Source: Oligoflexales bacterium
Lineage (GTDB): Bacteria; Bdellovibrionota_B; Oligoflexia; Oligoflexales; Bog-1112
Assembly: GCA_045105515.1 (NCBI GenBank)
Contig: JBGCDR010000121.1
Span: 1-20,473, forward strand
Direction of reading: 5' to 3'
Length of the DNA: 20,473 nt
This document shows positions 17,923-20,473 of this stretch, in pieces (position 1 is the stretch's first letter; each line of letters opens with the position of its first letter). The position numbers and the translations under genes are program-made. The notes under the pieces were generated by a model that was given only the letters and a program-made list of their open reading frames with translations, made no database searches and was not told the DNA's origin.

Positions 17923-18688
17923 CGACAACAGCATCGTCGAAAGCATCATCTGCAGGCCCTTCATCTTGGTCATCAGGTGTCGGATCACCTGCTGGTTCTA
18001 CTATGGCATCTGATGTTTCTCGTGTTTCAAATGCTGCTACAGGAGCAGCTACCATGGTCGCCACTTCTTCAGGAACTAAAAGGTTATTTAAGACCGCAAT
18101 TCCGTGGTGAATTCGATCTATGATCCTGATAGCCATTCCTTTTAGGACCTGATGGCTAGCTAAAATGAGCATCGAAGCTATAATAGCAGTAGCAGTTGGA
18201 TTTAAAGAACCAGCGATGCCGTTAGCTAGTGAAGCTTGTTTTTTTGCGGTATCGAGTACATCAATTGAATGAAAAGACCACCACAAAGCATCAATGGTCC
18301 CGAGTATACCTATCAGTAGAATAATGGTAGCCATTGCTGGCATCATGGTTAGGCGACTTTCTATGCGTGGCAAGAACTCGATAGTATCTTCTTCAATGGT
18401 ACCTCTTACCGTACTTGGATCATTTTCCACCGCTTCCAAAGCTCTTAGAGCTATTTTTGGTAGAGATGTTTTAGAGGCACTTTTGCAAAGATTTATTGCC
18501 CGCTCATGATCTTCTGAATTAATCATTTTTTTAAAGTCTGTTAGAAATTTCTTAAAATCAATATTATAGCGCCATTGCAGCATGATAATTCGTTCAAAAA
18601 TAACAACAGTTGATATGAATGATAAGATGACAATACCCCACATATAGATATTGCCGCTTCTGATGCTGAGAGCGAGTTCTCCCCACAT
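17891..18688 (-). CDS. MotA/TolQ/ExbB proton-channel family protein (AglR-like) with acidic C-terminal tail
   Basis: TM1 ends in FER; TM2 LIGILGTI; AglR-type linker D...K...LANGI; TM3 ..NPTA; Asp/Glu-rich tail of about 45 aa. Confidence 0.9.
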   Translation of the reverse strand: MWGELALSIRSGNIYMWGIVILSFISTVVIFERIIMLQWRYNIDFKKFLTDFKKMINSEDHERAINLCKSASKTSLPKIALRALEAVENDPSTVRGTIEEDTIEFLPRIESRLTMMPAMATIILLIGILGTIDALWWSFHSIDVLDTAKKQASLANGIAGSLNPTATAIIASMLILASHQVLKGMAIRIIDRIHHGIAVLNNLLVPEEVATMVAAPVAAFETRETSDAIVEPAGDPTPDDQDEGPADDAFDDAVVDDIKDEEEII

Positions 18689-18763
18689 ATATAGCCCTTT
18701 TTATGGAAAAAACGAAGACCTCTATCAATGATAATGGATTCTGGACTCTCGGGGGCGATAGCC

Positions 18764-18795
18764 CAATAAATATAGTGAGTTAAATATATTTATTG
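18764..18795. promoter_or_regulatory. Perfect 11-bp inverted repeat upstream of the motor operon (operator or terminator hairpin)
   Basis: CAATAAATATA (18764-18774) - 10 nt - TATATTTATTG (18785-18795). Confidence 0.45.
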
Positions 18796-18886
18796 AGGTA
18801 AGAATTGCCTAGACTACGTTGATGACTCTGATGGTCTATTGCATACAGTATTGGTAAAAGCTAGATCTAAACTTTTTGGTATAGCC

Positions 18887-19762
18887 TCACTTCCGGAGGC
18901 TAGAAACTGGATACATTTGCATGTTGATTGAGATACAAATCTTCTCCTTTTTATCTGTATCTACTTCACCTTGATTAATCCATGACCTCAACTCATTTTG
19001 CATCTCTTTCATTTTCAGCTTGAGTTCTTGCAATCGATTTTGACTGATTGTCAAGGTGTGATGACTAAATTCTCTTTCTGAAATAGGAAAGCTTAGAGCG
19101 TCTGTGCTTTCTTTTAATAAGTTGCGATGAAATTTTTGGATAGCATTTGACTTAACCTCATCAGGGGTGCTGATTTTCCTGCTTATATATTGGTAGTTCC
19201 CATTTTTTTTAATAAGAAAATTGTTTTCTATCAAAAATAGTAGTGCTTGCTGGATTTCAGCAATTGAAAAACGAAACTGTATTCTTCGTGCAATCCAGAG
19301 TGGATCTGACGAAAATTCCTTTCCGTAGATGATAACAAGAGGGCCAATTATGGAGCAAGCCCTATTAGTTAGAAAGTAAGATAGATCCTCTTCGATGATT
19401 CTCTGGAAACGGCTTGGGGCTAAATCCTTTAAATTCTGCTTGAATTTCTTCTTATCTTCTGTCGTCGATGCTTGTCCATAAGCAACCAAGTCCTTAAAAT
19501 ATTCCCGTTCTCGCTTGTTAAATTTTAGAGAAGCAGAAATTTTAAAAACTCCTGCTTCACCAAGATTTTTTTTGCCACGAATGATATTTCTGATATATCC
19601 AAAACTAGAGAAACCTAGATCGCGTGAAAATCTTCGATAGCTATAGTATTCGACATTTTTACTGCGAAACTCATATATACTTAAGAGGTATTCTCGGTAA
19701 TCCTGATAGGAATAAATGCAAACTTCGATTTTTTCCTGACTGCTTTTCATCTTTAAACCCAT
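18887..19762 (-). CDS. TIGR02147 family protein (N-terminal HTH plus DUF4423-like C-terminal domain)
   Basis: IYSYQDYREYL...YSYRRFSRDLGFSS.GY...II.GKKNL HTH signature; YF..LV.Y.QA; AIQKFH; REFSHHTLTI; INMQMYPVS terminus. Alternative ATG at 19750. Confidence 0.88.
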   Translation of the reverse strand: MGLKMKSSQEKIEVCIYSYQDYREYLLSIYEFRSKNVEYYSYRRFSRDLGFSSFGYIRNIIRGKKNLGEAGVFKISASLKFNKREREYFKDLVAYGQASTTEDKKKFKQNLKDLAPSRFQRIIEEDLSYFLTNRACSIIGPLVIIYGKEFSSDPLWIARRIQFRFSIAEIQQALLFLIENNFLIKKNGNYQYISRKISTPDEVKSNAIQKFHRNLLKESTDALSFPISEREFSHHTLTISQNRLQELKLKMKEMQNELRSWINQGEVDTDKKEKICISINMQMYPVSSLRK

Positions 19763-20006
19763 TTTTAGGAAGATACCAGCAGCTTAAATTATACAATTAT
19801 CTTAAATACTAGTTTGAGAAAAAAAGTAGGCAAAAAAATTCCAGGATATTTGAACTTCTTAGAAATCATAATTTTTAAGCCTTGTAACATTACTAGTTTA
19901 TTCGATATTTGTTAGTAACCTACTAGAGTAAATTCCCAGTTAAGATTACAATATTATTAAATAATTTTAAATGCACAGGTATGTCAATGCTGTCGGAGAT
20001 AATGTG

Positions 20007-20399
20007 ATGAATTCAATTACAATCCTAATTGTTCTATTATTTGCAAGATTATCAAATGCAGAGGCGCTTATGGTAAGGTACGCAAATTTAGAAGGTCGAA
20101 ATGAAGAGAAGCAGTTTGCATTCTCCGTTCTTAAACTTGCCCTAGAAAAGTCAGAAGAAAAATTTATATTGGAAAAAAGTGAATCTGAAATGTCTGATGC
20201 AAGGGTAAGTAGACAACTTGAAAAAAATTTATTTGATATTGCATGGCTTGGTTCCTCTCCTGAACTAGAAAAAGTCCATACCTATGTTCCTATTCCGATT
20301 ACCAGAGGAATGCTAGGAAAAAGAATTTTTATCATAAATAGTGTCTGGTCGGAAACTAAATTCTTGCCTTTGCAACTCAGTTTTTTTTATCGCGGTTGA
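20007..20399 (+). pseudogene. Truncated periplasmic solute-binding protein (type 2/family-3-like)
   Basis: SD GGAGA and signal peptide from ATG20007. Motifs VLKLALEKS, R....LE...DIAW...S.ELE.....VPIPITRGMLGKRIFII match the N-half of a family whose members are usually about 270-300 aa. Similarity stops at about 20339. Confidence 0.65.
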
Positions 20400-20473
20400 A
20401 ATTAATTTTAAAAAATCTTCTTATTTTCCAGTGATAAGTGAAAAATACCATATTTTCGGCAATTAAATATCTT
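20339..20473. mobile_element. Possible terminal sequence of an IS/MITE interrupting the solute-binding protein gene
   Basis: Abrupt loss of family similarity at TAGTGTCTGGTCGGAAAC, followed by AT-rich, non-coding-looking DNA to the window edge. No frame restores the expected C-terminal half. No transposase or second repeat is visible. Confidence 0.3.

Noticed and set aside
17923..17988. Met-rich N-terminal extension of the ExbD-like ORF in the ORF track
   Set aside because: It arises from reading the GAT-rich acidic tail of the upstream gene in another frame; ATG17922 gives a typical short basic N-terminus.
18750..18836. GGCGAT...GTTGATGACTC resembles a fluoride riboswitch
   Set aside because: The P1/pseudoknot pairing is missing and no plus-strand gene follows.
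19807..19926. Three TACTAG copies and an imperfect GTAAC..TACTAG direct repeat in the divergent promoter region
   Set aside because: Short, irregularly spaced and in very AT-rich DNA; cannot be separated from chance.
1..20473. CRISPR arrays, tRNA/rRNA genes, integrases, defence systems
   Set aside because: I saw no regularly spaced repeats, RNA-gene signatures or corresponding proteins.

Overview
AT-rich bacterial window. The gene families (AglR/Q/S-type motor with an AgmX/PglI-domain protein, TIGR02147 protein, secreted gluzincin) point to Bdellovibrionota/Oligoflexia; this is inference. Left accessory part (1-5800): a frameshifted membrane-anchored hypothetical gene, a secreted M4/M36-type metalloprotease, a secreted homologue of plant/algal violaxanthin de-epoxidase (VDE), a YrbG-type Ca/Na antiporter and a single-domain response regulator. 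The middle is a long minus-strand run: TIGR02147 HTH protein > MotA/TolQ/ExbB > two ExbD-like genes > GltG/PglI-like TonB-family protein > RNase J > Nudix > SAM methyltransferase > GT4 glycosyltransferase > PP2C phosphatase > M23 peptidase > secA. The right end holds a truncated solute-binding-protein gene, possibly cut by an insertion element. Two signals stand out. (1) A bacterial VDE-family protein with the full 10-Cys domain, a lipocalin barrel and VDE catalytic positions apparently kept. (2) An Agl/Exb-type motor in which both ExbD-like subunits lack the essential membrane Asp and share a Pro-Cys motif, the ExbB-like subunit has lost the TM3 Glu and gained a TM2 Asp, and the TonB-like partner lacks the TM His; its last gene overlaps the RNase J start codon. 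All assignments come from reading motifs by eye; no database searches were run.
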